NCBI RefSeq assembly: GCF_006345805.1
Contig: NC_043005.1
Span: forward strand, 64,108,001-64,172,000
Reading direction: 5' to 3'
Length of the DNA stretch: 64,000 nucleotides
Source of the DNA: Octopus sinensis
Taxonomy: Eukaryota
Part shown: positions 51,817 through 64,000 of the stretch, one piece after another
How the letters are laid out: each line of letters begins with the position of its first letter
Position numbering within the stretch: the stretch's first letter is position 1
The notes under the pieces: generated by a model
Told to the model about the DNA's origin: nothing
Databases searched by the model: none
The model's input: only the letters and a program-made list of their open reading frames with translations
Translations under genes and position numbers: made by a program

Positions 51817-52264
51817 TCATGTGATGAGAGCATGCCAGACAGTATGTTTTAACATGTCTGGTGTCTTAGTACAATCCTCAGGCACTGCCCACATGTCAAA
51901 CTGAAAATAGGAGGATAGGATGAAATAGAAAGAGGGAGAAAAGGCGAGAAAAAGTAGATATAAAAGGTGGAAGGTTGAAAAACTGGAAAACGAAAAATAA
52001 AACATAAAGAAGCAAAAGGAGGCTGGATTAGTGTTACTTCCCCTTTGACCATAAAATATAATGCTGAAAAAGATAGTAGCTTAGAGTTTCACTTTCTAAA
52101 TCGTCAACAGAATTGGAAAGTGCCACACTCACCAGATTGAACAGCTGTACTACAGATTCTAAGACACTATATTTTACAATCAAAGGGGAACAAACTTTAA
52201 TTGCCCCGTTTTTTGCTTCTTTCTGTTTTCTTTCTCGTTTTCCGGTTCTTCCACCTTCCATCAT
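51817..52264 (-). other. Candidate two-exon small ORF or spliced non-coding segment (exons 52264-52133 and 51900-51817)
   Basis: Donor CTG|GTGAGT at 52132, long polypyrimidine tract and TTTTCAG acceptor at 51901, phase-0 join giving 71 aa; no recognisable domain. Confidence 0.25.
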
Positions 52265-52277
52265 AAAAATAATAATG

Positions 52278-52342
<65 letters not shown>

Positions 52343-52399
52343 CATTATTATTATTATTGTTGTTATTATTATTGTTATTGTTGTTGTTGTTGTTGTTAC

Positions 52400-52655
52400 G
52401 TCGAGCCGGTAGAATCGTTAGCACGACGGGTAAAATGTTTAGCGGAATTTCGTCCGTCCTTACGTTTTGAGTTCAACTTCCGCCGAAGTCGACTTTGCTT
52501 TGCATCCTTTCGGAATCGGTAAATTAAGTACCAGTTGAACATTAGGATCGATATAATCGTCTTAAAAACAAACATACACACACACATACATACACACACA
52601 AACACATACATACAGACACATCAGAAATTGCTGGTCCTGTGCCAAATTTTGAGAC

Positions 52656-52697
<42 letters not shown>

Positions 52698-52900
52698 GAA
52701 GGCAGCGATTTGGCACGCCGGGTAAAATGCTGAGTGGCATTTCTTCCAGCTTAACATTTGATATTCAAATTCTACCGAGGTCGACATTACCTTTCGGGGA
52801 CGATAAATTATGTACCAGTAAAGCACTAGGGTCAATTTATTCGACTAGCTTCATTCCCAAAATTTCCAGGCCTTGCGTCTATGTAGAAAGAATTATTATT
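52400..52900 (+). mobile_element. Two SINE family A copies between (AAT)n/(ATT)n tracts
   Basis: GAGCCGGTAGAATCGTTAGCACG at 52403 and GCACGCCGGGTAAAATGCT at 52713 with Nin-like cores. Confidence 0.82.
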
Positions 52901-52924
52901 ATCATCATTATCATCTTCCGTCAC

Positions 52925-53385
52925 CAGTGATGACTTTCGAAAAAATGTCCGGAGCAATTTCCAGCTGTTCTTTCAGTTCACTCGCGACTGTTTTGATCTT
53001 CCGTGAGCAAGCGAGGCACAAAGTTTGGCGCAATTCTTTCCAGTCGCACTTCCTCGCTTAAAATTCGTTGGCAGGACACACCAGTCGTATCAACAAGTTC
53101 GGCAATTGTTCGGTGACGGTCCTCCAAGATGATCCAAGATTAGCTCATAAATTTTCATAATGCTTTCATTCGTTCGGGAGGTCGACGGACGCCCTGAATG
53201 AGGTAGGTCTTCAAGCGACAAATGGTCATTCCTAAAGAGTGAAAACCATGCGTAAGCTTATGTTTTGCTCATAGCACAGTGTCCCTCTAAGCTGCCTGAA
53301 GCATGACAACCGTTTCGGCCGCTGTTTTCCCGAGCAGAAAGCAGAACTTCACAGAAGCATGCCGTTCTTTCGTTTCAGCGATCTT
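52925..53385 (-). mobile_element. Mariner 5' fragment (HTH region), pseudogene
   Basis: Manual translation: VKFCFLLGKTAAETVVMLQ, LEDLPHSGRPSTSRTNE, EDRHRTIAELVD, FVPRLLT (WVPxxL motif). Confidence 0.85.
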
Positions 53386-54395
53386 ACAAATCGTCGAACA
53401 GGGGAGAAGTACTCCAACTAAAAAATAAATTGCTACAAGATACCATGCATAAAGTGAAAGGAATATATGCCTAATGTATGAAGAAATTTCTCCTATCGTA
53501 CCACCCCAATGCCATTGAGCAACATATTATCAAAGCTAAAAGCTACGTATAATCAAAAGCAGACGTTTGTTGCAATGTGAGACTCTTTACACCGTATCAC
53601 GAACTGCTAAATATCGCAGCAAATTTCGATCAAAGCATACTTAGATCATGACCATCAACTAAACAGCACCAGTAGAAATTCTTACTGATAAACCACCATA
53701 TCTTACTGGCATCATATATCAGCTGATTGGTCTTCTAATATCTGTATTAGACTGGTGACCGTTTGTATACAATTTGATGTTTTGATGAAATGACACAGTG
53801 GTTCAGAGTTGACGACAAATATATAGACATATAAATGAAATTAAGATATTTTACCTCAAAAATATTTGTTTTCGCACACACATACATACACACAGAATCA
53901 ATAAAAAAAATTTGTTAGATATTTATATTGCAAACACCCTATTTAGGAAGACACGGATAAAATATTGCCTATATATCTCTATATATCTTCATATGTATAA
54001 TATGATATATATACTAATATGATTCAGCGGTTAAAATAATGACAATATTCATGATTAAATAAAGTAGTGTGTCCAAGTAAAGAGCCTGATTGAATTTGTA
54101 CTTGAATATACCAATAAACGCTAACGCAGTTTAAAATATCAATAAAGTGTTAAAGACATTGTGCTACAGACTAGAACATCATTAGAATTGTCTAGACGAT
54201 TCTCTCTCCATTTACTATAGAACAATAACGTGTATTATTCTAAGAGAGTGCCAGCACCGACATTGTTTTCTAGAGGTATTCAAGCGCTATTCAAATGTAT
54301 TGTTAGGTACATTCTAACATCTATGATTGAATGAATTCATACACATATACATATATATCTATATCAATATCTATATCTGTACATATATACATGTG

Positions 54396-54461
<66 letters not shown>

Positions 54462-55879
54462 TATATACATACGTATATGTACATACCTACATATCTATGT
54501 ATATATACATGCATATATGGGTACAGGACATCAAAAAGACGTAGACACAATGAGAAACGAAAACATAAAAAGCAAAAATACAGAAAGCGAACTTTTTTTC
54601 GAACAAGGAAAGAAAAACAGAGAAACGCGACAGGCAACATAAAGAACATTCCGTTCATCACTTGTCCCCTGTTTTCTCTAATCCGCGTTTCGAAAGCAGG
54701 GACAATACGCGACTTCATTAAAACAGTCCTTCCCGCAAAGCAAATTAAATAAAATTTAGGATTTTTTGCGGAGGGTGAAAGTGATAACAAAAACAGGATA
54801 TTTCGTCCGGTTAGGGTATTTTACACATGCTGAACCTTCGTAATGAGGAGTGTTTACGTGCATGCAAGATTTACTCAGTTTCTGTTTGGTCAACGGTGCC
54901 ATATTTTCTGGTAAACTCGACTTCTTTCTTTAGCAAGTATCTTGACATTGAGGGGCAACAACCTACGATATCAAACTGTACGCACTTATCTCTAAACTTA
55001 TCCCTATGTTCTTAAATCATCTATGACGGTGCTGGTGGTGCTCGTTGTCTACTGCTGCAATTCAGTAGTATTCCTAAACTTATCGTTAAGATTTCTTTTT
55101 ATTCATTTATTTATTCATTTATTTATTTATTTATTTATTTATTTATTGCTACTAAACCTATCTCTGTTCGAGCGGGTCTGTTAGTCTATAGGTAGGCTTT
55201 TTGCGAAGTGGGATCTTCGATCCTTTTAAATTACCAAGGCTTCCCTTTTACCTATCTTATTGTCAGTTTTCTTACGTTTTTCAAGGAGCTTAACCGCATC
55301 ATGACATTTATTAGTGTCTGCCTTGATTTGTAATTTATATGAACTTAGGAATGATAAATACGATAAGATGCTGCATAATAGTATTGCTAGTAAATATAAT
55401 AAAGCAAACACTGATAAATATAATCATATCGATGATGAGGCCAAACTCATTGCAAAAATGTCCTTATGACTATATTAGTATGAAGAATATATGCAGAAAA
55501 TTTCTTTACTATTACTTAGTGAAAAAAGTCTCGACATTTTTATATGAAAAGTGCAAGCTTCATAAAGTTTCAAATCCGATATTTAAGTAAGGAATTTCAG
55601 GTAACTTAATTATATCTAATAATAATAACTATTTAATCTTCTAAGGTTAAATATTCAGTGCTAATTATATACATACTATTAGAATTTTAAACACTAAAAC
55701 AACATTTACTAATTCATTATCTATAAAACTTTATGTAACTCCGCGTCTTGTCAGAGATTACACATAGTAAGAACCCTTGAAATTCATGTTTAACACCAAC
55801 TGGCAGTTAGACTTAGTCATATATTCATAAAGCTTAATGTAGGTCTTAACGGAATAGACATTATCCTTAATCTAGTTCA

Positions 55880-56095
55880 TAATACTGATTTCAAATTTTG
55901 GTACAAGGCCAGCAATCTCAGATTCGGGGATACATCGACTACATCGATCTCAGTGTTCAAATGGTACTTATCCCTTTTGATAGGATGAAAGATAACGTCA
56001 CGTCGGCGGAATTTGAAGTCAGAATATGAAGACGGACGAAATGCCGCTAAGCATCGTGCCTGGCGTGCTAACAATTCTACCAGCTCACCGCCTTA
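55880..56095 (-). mobile_element. SINE family A, diverged
   Basis: Head GGCGGTGAGCTGGTAGAATTGTTAGCACGCCAGG on minus strand. Confidence 0.85.
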
Positions 56096-57107
56096 AATGT
56101 AGTTAATAATATTTCTAAATGTATGCTTAAGTTGAACGACCAATGGATATTAAGTATGAGTTACAGTGGTTTAATCAATGACAAGAACCCTATAGCATAT
56201 GTCTACTAGTAATATGAAATTTTATAGATTGAGTCAGTTTTCTTTCTTTTAATATGAACATTCTAATAGCATATATAAAATCAATATTAAATACCTAAAT
56301 TTATTACATTTAACTGAGGAACATAACTGATTGATAAAACTAATGTTTACTAGCTTAATTAAATATTTAATTTAAATATTTATGTAGACACTGGCGTATT
56401 TAAATATATATTCTAATATTCGATCTTTCCTTGAAATATTTCTGATATACTACGTAACGCTAATGAAATTTAGAGCATATAGTTTTAATATTAATGTAAC
56501 TGGTGGGGCATTTTTTAATAAGACTATGTTTATTTTCAGTACTTAAAACTAACTTTCTTAGTGAAAGGTACAACTTTTATTGAATTTTGTTCCGGTTTTC
56601 ATTCTGTTAATCAAAATAATATTTTATTAGTTTTCAAATGAAATATAACAGTTTCTCTACTTTTTTTTCTTAATTTCTCTCCAGCAGTATAGAATTCGTG
56701 TTATTGTTCTACAGTCGTTTTTAGACATGTCCTTATAAACACACATACGATATCGTACATACACATCGACACATGTATAAAACAGATCAAGCGAACATAT
56801 ATCCATACATATATAAACAGATGTTTGGTTATACATGCGGAAATCAATATACAGACATAGTAATAACAGAAACAGCCGGTGAGAATACATGACTCATAGT
56901 TCCAATATAATAAGAAAAAGATTTGTCAACATTGTAATTTTAACAATCAACGAATATAGATATATTGAGAAACATTCTGAAGAAAATGTGGTTAAACATT
57001 GAAGCAATTTGTGAACTAAATAGATGACAATACACTGTACATTTAAAATATAAAGTTTATACTCATTTCTGAATTTTCTGATCGGGAAAATCTGATTCAT
57101 ATACGTG

Positions 57108-57139
<32 letters not shown>

Positions 57140-57221
57140 CGTATGTATGTATGTATGCATGTGTGTGTGTGTATGTATGTATGTATGTATGTATGTATGT
57201 ATGTATGTATGTATGTATATA

Positions 57222-57353
57222 TGTCATTATTCAGTGTATTTCAAGTTTTCTTGCCAATAGAGAAAGAACTAGTTTCTAACCTAAGTCCAAGGCACTTTCA
57301 TTGGAATTTCAACATCAAGAACTGGTATTTTTGCATTTATGTATGTATGTATG

Positions 57354-57387
<34 letters not shown>

Positions 57388-58443
57388 TGCATGTATGTAT
57401 GTGTGTATGTTTGTATGTATGTATGAGCTGATTTGTATGTTTTATATATGTATTCTTATGCATATAGTTACATATCTAGACATGCCTATATATATTTAAA
57501 TGATAAACTTATGGAAAGTTTTACAGATTTTTACAGTTCCAGTGCTGAATTGGATCTGTAGTCTTCGAATTAGCTTTATTCTTTCAGGTTTTGAGAAGCC
57601 TAGTTTCTCAAGATTGTGTTACATATCCCAGGGCCCCAATAATTACAGGTATAAACCTGAACTTGTAATCTGGAAAGAGTAACTCCAGATTTCTCAATAG
57701 TTCATCATAGGTGTTCTCTTTTTCACTGATCTTCAGCTTTATATGAGCATCTGCTGGCAAATAATTTCCTCAACTTTGCACAGTTTCCATTCTCTATCCC
57801 AAATCATTATATCAGGTCTCTTATACTTACATTTTATTGCGGTCTTCACTGGTACATTCCACCAGTATTCCTTTTTATTATGAGTGGCTATGACTTCTAC
57901 CATATTGTGGGTTCTTATTTCTTTTTCCTCAGGAGTATCCTTCCGAGGGATTTTATTATAGAGTGTTCTAGTTACAACATCAGTAGATAATACCGTGATG
58001 ACATTTTCGGACAACTGCTTAAGATGTGCGTGATATCTTCAGTATGAACTCCACAAAGTCTGCACCGGTTGTCACATCTTACAACTCTTCCTGCATCTCT
58101 AAACCTTTTTGTGCATCAGGTATTTGGTTGATATTTCTTGTTCCTGGGTTGCAAATGCATACCTTTGAAAGTGGGAGGTAGTAATCCAGCTAGTACTCCA
58201 TGATAAACTGCTTTGATATTACTATCATCACGGAACTTCCTACTAACATATCCATGCATAGTCTTCTGCTCATATAGGTTCATCCTTTCATCTGACGACA
58301 CGTTGCGGTAGAGTCGTGCGACCTCTTTGGGCATATATTCTAGGTTATCAGAGAAAGAGACTCACTCAATGAACTGCCTTCCAAGTCTTAGGGTGTTTTC
58401 AGCCTCATGTATGCAAACCTGGTCAAGGGATGCACTTCCACAC
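57222..58443 (-). mobile_element. R4/Dong-like RLE LINE, 5'-truncated, with zinc knuckle, endonuclease and 3' UTR
   Basis: KTMHG, CRLCGVHTEDITHILSSC (CCHC, 58080-58010), YWWNVPVKT..RPDIMIWDRE.KLCKVEEI (PD-(D/E)xK); (CATA)n on both sides. Confidence 0.9.
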
Positions 58444-58679
58444 TTGTATGTATGTATGTATGTATGTATGTATGTATGTATGTATGTATGTATGTATGTA
58501 TGTATGTATGTATGTATGTTGTATGTATGATTGTATGTATGTACGTAAATCGTTGCAAGTTCTTTTAGTTTACACTGTTACTAAAAGCTTCGATCTTCCA
58601 TTATTAAGCAACATTTGGCGAGTATTACTTCACAGCATGTGGCATACTTTCAGAAACTGCTTTAAAGGACTATGTAGTC

Positions 58680-59050
58680 GCTATAAGATATATACAGACT
58701 CTCAGCCTTACCATCTTGATTCAGTCGAACATTCAAGGTGTGACAGCTGGAAGAAGAGAGGGACACACAAGCACTCGGTTTTCATTTCTAGATGCATAAA
58801 CCCGACCAGCAGGAAATGATATGCTTTGTTCAAAGCCACAAGGTGTTGCTGATCAAGAATCTGATCAACAGCCTTATCATCGTGTACTCAAAAACTTCAC
58901 AATTAGAACGGGTACCATCACAGACATAGTATTAACAAAGACTTACCAGTCTATGATAATGGCAGACTTGTCATTCAAATACAATACAAAAACAAAACGG
59001 TTACTACCATTGTGAATTTAATAATCAATAACAAACGGTGGGTTGAGACA
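58680..59050 (+). mobile_element. Possible older RLE LINE endonuclease fragment
   Basis: VLKNFTIRTG..TDIVLTKT..MIMADLS resembles ILWDFTIRTD..PDIVL..IIDVS of R4-type RLE domains; heavily decayed. Confidence 0.4.
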
Positions 59051-59863
59051 TATTACCTGAAAAACTATAGAATAAAGGAACAATTAGAAGCGATATAAAT
59101 CAAAGAAATATCCATCAATCACTTCAAATGTTACAGACTCTGCACTCAAGTGCTGAATATTCATTTGCCTTATAATGCCTTTAATCAGGACTACGTGTGT
59201 ATATAAATACATATATACATATATACATATATACAACGTATATATTTATATATATATGTACATAGTTATACATAAAAATATATAGATTATATGTTTATAT
59301 ATATTTAATGAATATTTGAACTTTTTTGCGTTTCAATTTTTCTGCTTTTTACTCATTCTCGAAGTTGATGGACATATAGCGGTACGTAAAACTGAATCAG
59401 AAAATCTCTAGTAAGACTTTTTTTATTGATGTACCCGAAGTGACCCAGATCGTGTCGAAACGTGTCATTATAAAATATTTTACTCATTCCATCTATTTTA
59501 TTAAAACTGTATATATATATACATGTATAGATGTGTGTGCGCGCGCCATCGATACGTACAATAGCAATGAACTGACAAAATGGTTAGAGTTTCAGCCTGA
59601 ATGCCTTGCAATGTCTGCTCGGACTCACAGTGCTTCGAATCTAAATACCCATTCATGTCTCGGAAAAAATAAAATGTTCCTTAGAGGACCTCTCAAAAAT
59701 AAGAAAAGACTCATGATCCTGTGAAAGTCTTCATGGAAGGATCGAAGTATTCCGGCTGATTACTGTCAATAGAAGCAGACCAGCTGGGAAAAGAGGATGG
59801 ACGAATACGTTCATGTAAGTCCTATGCTTACAACGGAAGCTAATATATTTTTCTCTCTCCGTT

Positions 59864-59942
<79 letters not shown>

Positions 59943-60169
59943 TCATTTTTTCCTCTTCAGATTTTTTTTCCTATCGAAAATCGTAGGCTCGAAACGTCAA
60001 AGACATTTCCATTTCTCCTGGGCGTCAAAATAAAACATATTGTTGTTCCATCAACTGTCTATATCTTTTGTTTTCGGTACATTTGAAACATACATACATA
60101 CATACATACATACATACATACATACATACATACATACATACATACATACATACATACATACATACAAAA

Positions 60170-62050
60170 AACTTAATTGCAACTAGGCAGCAGTATATAG
60201 AGACATGAAGGATGAGCAGTAAATATCACGGACGCTCCTTCACAAGAATACATAGACTCCTTCTGAAGGAAAATCTGGAGTGAAGAGAAGGAATTTAACC
60301 AAGATGCTCTGAGGCTGGAAGAAATTCGAAAAAATATTGCTGCTGCGTTACATCCAAGGCATACAACATTGATGGGGAAACCCTTGAAAAAATGATTCAG
60401 AAACTCCAGGATGGAGATGCACCTGGAAGAGACTTGATTGTTGGATATTGATACAAGACGCTAACATTCTACCGACCATATCTTATCAATCGGTACCAGC
60501 AAGCTCTCAATGGGAATAGTAGCATACCACACTGGTATTGATCCCCAATTCAGAACTACCCACATGGCAAAAAACTACCAGCTAATTGCATGCCAGAATT
60601 TAATGTATAAGATATATACAGCATGTTTAAACCTCTCCAGCACCATTGTGAAACCAATAACAAGAAATTCTGGGCATGTGCTGAGCAATTGTTAATCAAC
60701 AAAACTGTGATGCCAGAAGTGCGAGAGCATAGCAGGAACCTAGTTTTAACTTGGTTAGACTACATGAAAGCTTTTGACTCTGTTCCCCACTATATTATCA
60801 CCGATAGAATTCAATACCGCAAAGGCATATTCCAAGGAGACAGCCACTCTGTGATGTTGTTTATACTTTCTGTAAACCTCTTGTCATTCATTTTAAGAAA
60901 GTCTGAATGATATCTCACTGGTTCACAAGGAAACAGAAGTACCAAAATTACACACTGTTTCTTTGTAGATCACTTAAAACGTTTTACAAACAATATGCAT
61001 GAGATGAAAAAGAGCCTTGACCTAGTTACAACATTCTCAAAGGATGTAGGATTGGGGTTTGGTCAGGATAAATGTTATATTGTTGTGAAAAGGGGGAAAA
61101 CTATAAACCAGACTAGTAACATCTCGATCAATGATTTGACTGTTTCCCTTATATCTGACGAGGAATGTTACAGATATCTAGGGGTGGATGAAAATATATC
61201 TTTCAATGGCACCTGTAACAAAACACGTGTCACTAAAGAATATTATAGCCGAATAAAAAAAGTTTGAACCTCAGAACTCTCTGCATTCAATAAAACAGTG
61301 GCCCACAATGTCAGTACCATACCAACATTTGGGCTGTTTGATTGGACGCTTGATAGGAACCGAGCCATTGATGTGAAAACCCGAAAAATACTAACAAGCA
61401 CACATAAATTCCCTATAAAGAGCAACGTAGACGGCTTCAACAAAACGAAAACAAGGCGGCAGAGGCTTAATATCGATTCAAGTGCCTTTGAATGTCGCAT
61501 CATATCCCTTCGGCAACATCTTTTAACCACCAAGTGTCGAAGTAAGAAATAAAAACCCACAACATGGTAGAAGCCATAGCCACTCATAATAAAAGGGAAT
61601 ACTGGTGGAATATACCAGTGAAGGCCTGAATAAAATTTAAGTATAACAGACTTAATATAATGATTTGGGATAGAGAATAGAAACTGTGCACAGTTGTGGA
61701 AATTACCTGCTATTAACGTAAAGGTGAAGATCAGTGAAATAGAGAACACCTATGCTGAACTATTGAGAAATCTGGAGTTACTCTATCCAGACTACAAGAT
61801 CAGGTTTATACCTGTAATTATTGGGGCCCTGGGATATGTAACACACTGCCTAGATACCGATCTTGAGAAATTAGGCTTCTCAAAACCAGAAAGGAGAAAG
61901 GTAATTCGCAGACTACAGATACAATCCATCACTGGAACTGTAAAAATCTATAAAACTTTGCAGAAATATATCCTTTAAATATATATGAACAGTCTAGATA
62001 TGTAACTATATACATGAGAATACATACTTAAAACATACACATTTGCAGAT
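60170..62050 (+). mobile_element. R4/Dong-like RLE LINE with decayed RT, internally deleted
   Basis: APGRD, YQLIACQNLMYKIYT, WLDYMKAFDSVPH, GIFQGDSHSVMLF, FFVDHLK, FGQDKC, YRYLGV, FIPVIIGALG; begins right after (TACA)n 60088-60165. Confidence 0.92.
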
Positions 62051-62142
<92 letters not shown>

Positions 62143-63109
62143 AAGTGGAGTTGTAAGGTACCGCACGACTGGAATTATATATGAAAGATGGTTTGAAAAT
62201 GAAATTTTAAAATTGCATTTTCAAACCTTCTTTCATATATATATATGCATAATTTAAAACATTTGCACACACAAATATGTATGTACACACACACACACTC
62301 ACATACACACAGAAACACACACACACCCACCTATGTATGTACATATACATTCGTACGTGCATTCATATATACACTGTCACATACATTCACACACATATCT
62401 GTATGTACACACACACAGACACACACACACACGTTTATGAATTGTAATCGGTCCCGTCTACTTCAAGATCCGCAAACTCATTCATACTTCTATAATGACC
62501 GAATGAAGAGATCCGGGAAGTGCAAGATGGCTACCGAAAGATGGGTTGTTATTTGTCGAGGATGGTCACATGGTGTTATAGTGAATAATGTCAATTCCGT
62601 TGCGACATCACTTCCATCAGTAAAGGGAGATTACTTGACCGCGTGATTGGACGTGAAACTGGCGGCGTCCGTGTATCTGGATATGGCCGGTGAGCATATG
62701 AGTTTGCACGGATACAAACAACATTGTAAGCAAACCCATATACATGCACAAACACACATACAGAAACTTCACAAATTTCACAATAACAACAAAAACACGA
62801 ACAACAGTAACAACCACGATGGCACCAACATATACGAACACACAAACACAGACAGATAGAAGAACAATATGGAAAGTAAAGGCCAAGAACAGTAGGAACA
62901 GCAACAGAAGAGGAGCGTCAAAGTATCACCAAGAACAAAAATAGAAAGGGTACGGATATAAACAGTATAGCGGGCAAGCTCATATACACATACATAAGCA
63001 CACATGCGAAACACATAGACACGCTACGCACACGCACGCACACACACACATCCGCTCACAGATACACATGCAAACGCATGTACAGATACGGGTACACATC
63101 ATAGAAGGA

Positions 63110-63375
63110 CAGAATGCACTAAGCGGAGTAGGAGGATCCACGTGGACGGAAAAAATCGCTGAAGAAGTTACAGATGTGTGACAAAAGATTTCCGGACGAT
63201 AGACATAAGATTAAAAAAAAGAACAGTAATAAACGAGTGAAGAACGAATATATAGTACGCGTACTTATTTGCACACACACCTCTTAAAAAAAAATATCAA
63301 ACTACCAGCCTGAAATATAACAATATTTGTTTTAAAACACGGTTTCACATCAGGAATCTTGCAATACAAATTCAT
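63110..63375 (+). mobile_element. Third copy of the 1640-2090 pLTR-like arm, hammerhead-like core mutated
   Basis: TCGCTGAAGAAGTTACAGATGTGTGACAAAAGATTTCC (63156-63193), GTGAAGAACGAATATATAGT, GAAATATAACAATATTTGTTT, TTTCACATCAG. Confidence 0.72.
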
Positions 63376-63399
63376 AAACGTGTGTGTGTGTGTGTGTGT

Positions 63400-64000
63400 G
63401 TGTTTGTATGTATGTACATACATATATGTGTGTGCATGTATGTGACTGTGTATACATGAATGTACGTACGAATGTATATGTACATACATAGGCGTGTGTG
63501 TGTGTATGTGTGTATGTTTCTGTATGCATGTATGTCTGTGTGTGTGTGTGCGTACATATATGTGTGTGTATGTATTTGACTGTGTATACATGAATGTACG
63601 TACGAATGTATATGTACATACATAGGCGTGTGTGTGTGTATGTGTGTATGTTTCTGTATGCATGTATGTCTGTGTGTGTGTGTGCGTACATATATGTGTG
63701 TGTATGTATTTGACTGTGTATACATGAATGTACGTACGAATGTATATGTACATACATAGGCGTGTGTGTGTGTATGTTTCTGTGTGCATGTATGTCTGTG
63801 TGTGTGTACATACATATATGTGTGTGTATGTATTTGACTGTGTATACATGAATGCACGTACGAATATATATGTACATACATAGGCGTGTGTGTGTATGTG
63901 TGTATGTTTCTGTGTGCATGTATGTCTGTGTCTGTGTGTGTGTACATACATATATGTGTGTGTATGTATTTGATTGTGTATACATGAATGCACGTACGAA
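63400..64000. repeat. Minisatellite of 124-136 bp units built from microsatellite-like sequence, about 5 copies, runs off the window
   Basis: ATGAATGYACGTACGAA at 63456, 63590, 63724, 63848, 63984. Confidence 0.95.

Noticed and set aside
51821-51904. C/D box snoRNA-like pattern (GTGATGA...CTGA with internal hairpin)
   Set aside because: Weak terminal stem, no rRNA-complementary guide recognised, and CTGA is explained by the minus-strand acceptor
54520-54830. TA-flanked insert with TGATGA and GAAACGCG on the minus strand (similar insert 31328-31600)
   Set aside because: Order and pairing do not fit a hammerhead topology; left as an unclassified repeat
62744-62944. Possible GIY-YIG remnant upstream of the pLTR-like arm
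   Set aside because: Low-complexity sequence with only vague resemblance

Overview
AT-rich eukaryotic DNA, dense in microsatellites and transposon debris, with no intact protein-coding gene that I can support. The SINE families and the (TA)n/(TG)n/(TACA)n/(TAGA)n load suggest a coleoid cephalopod, probably Octopus (inference from recall, not a search), and the window is likely intronic or intergenic. Most ORFs in the supplied track are microsatellite translations. Recognisable content: three tRNA-type SINE families in many copies, a fourth degenerate dispersed repeat, decayed mariner/Tc1 and hAT transposase relics, MITEs, a non-autonomous Helitron, RTE and CR1/Jockey-group LINE fragments, and several fragments of an R4/Dong-like restriction-endonuclease LINE that sit in (TACA)n tracts. 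There are two candidate minus-strand spliced segments (6773-~7207 and 51817-52264). The most interesting signal is about ten hammerhead-ribozyme-like cores (CTGANGA...GAAA-short stem-TH) in short Penelope-like or retrozyme-like inserts. Several lie in head-to-head fold-back palindromes, one of which has perfect 295-bp arms with a core in each. Local inverted duplications also recur. Repeat boundaries were set by eye and are approximate; no ribozyme activity or transcription is shown.
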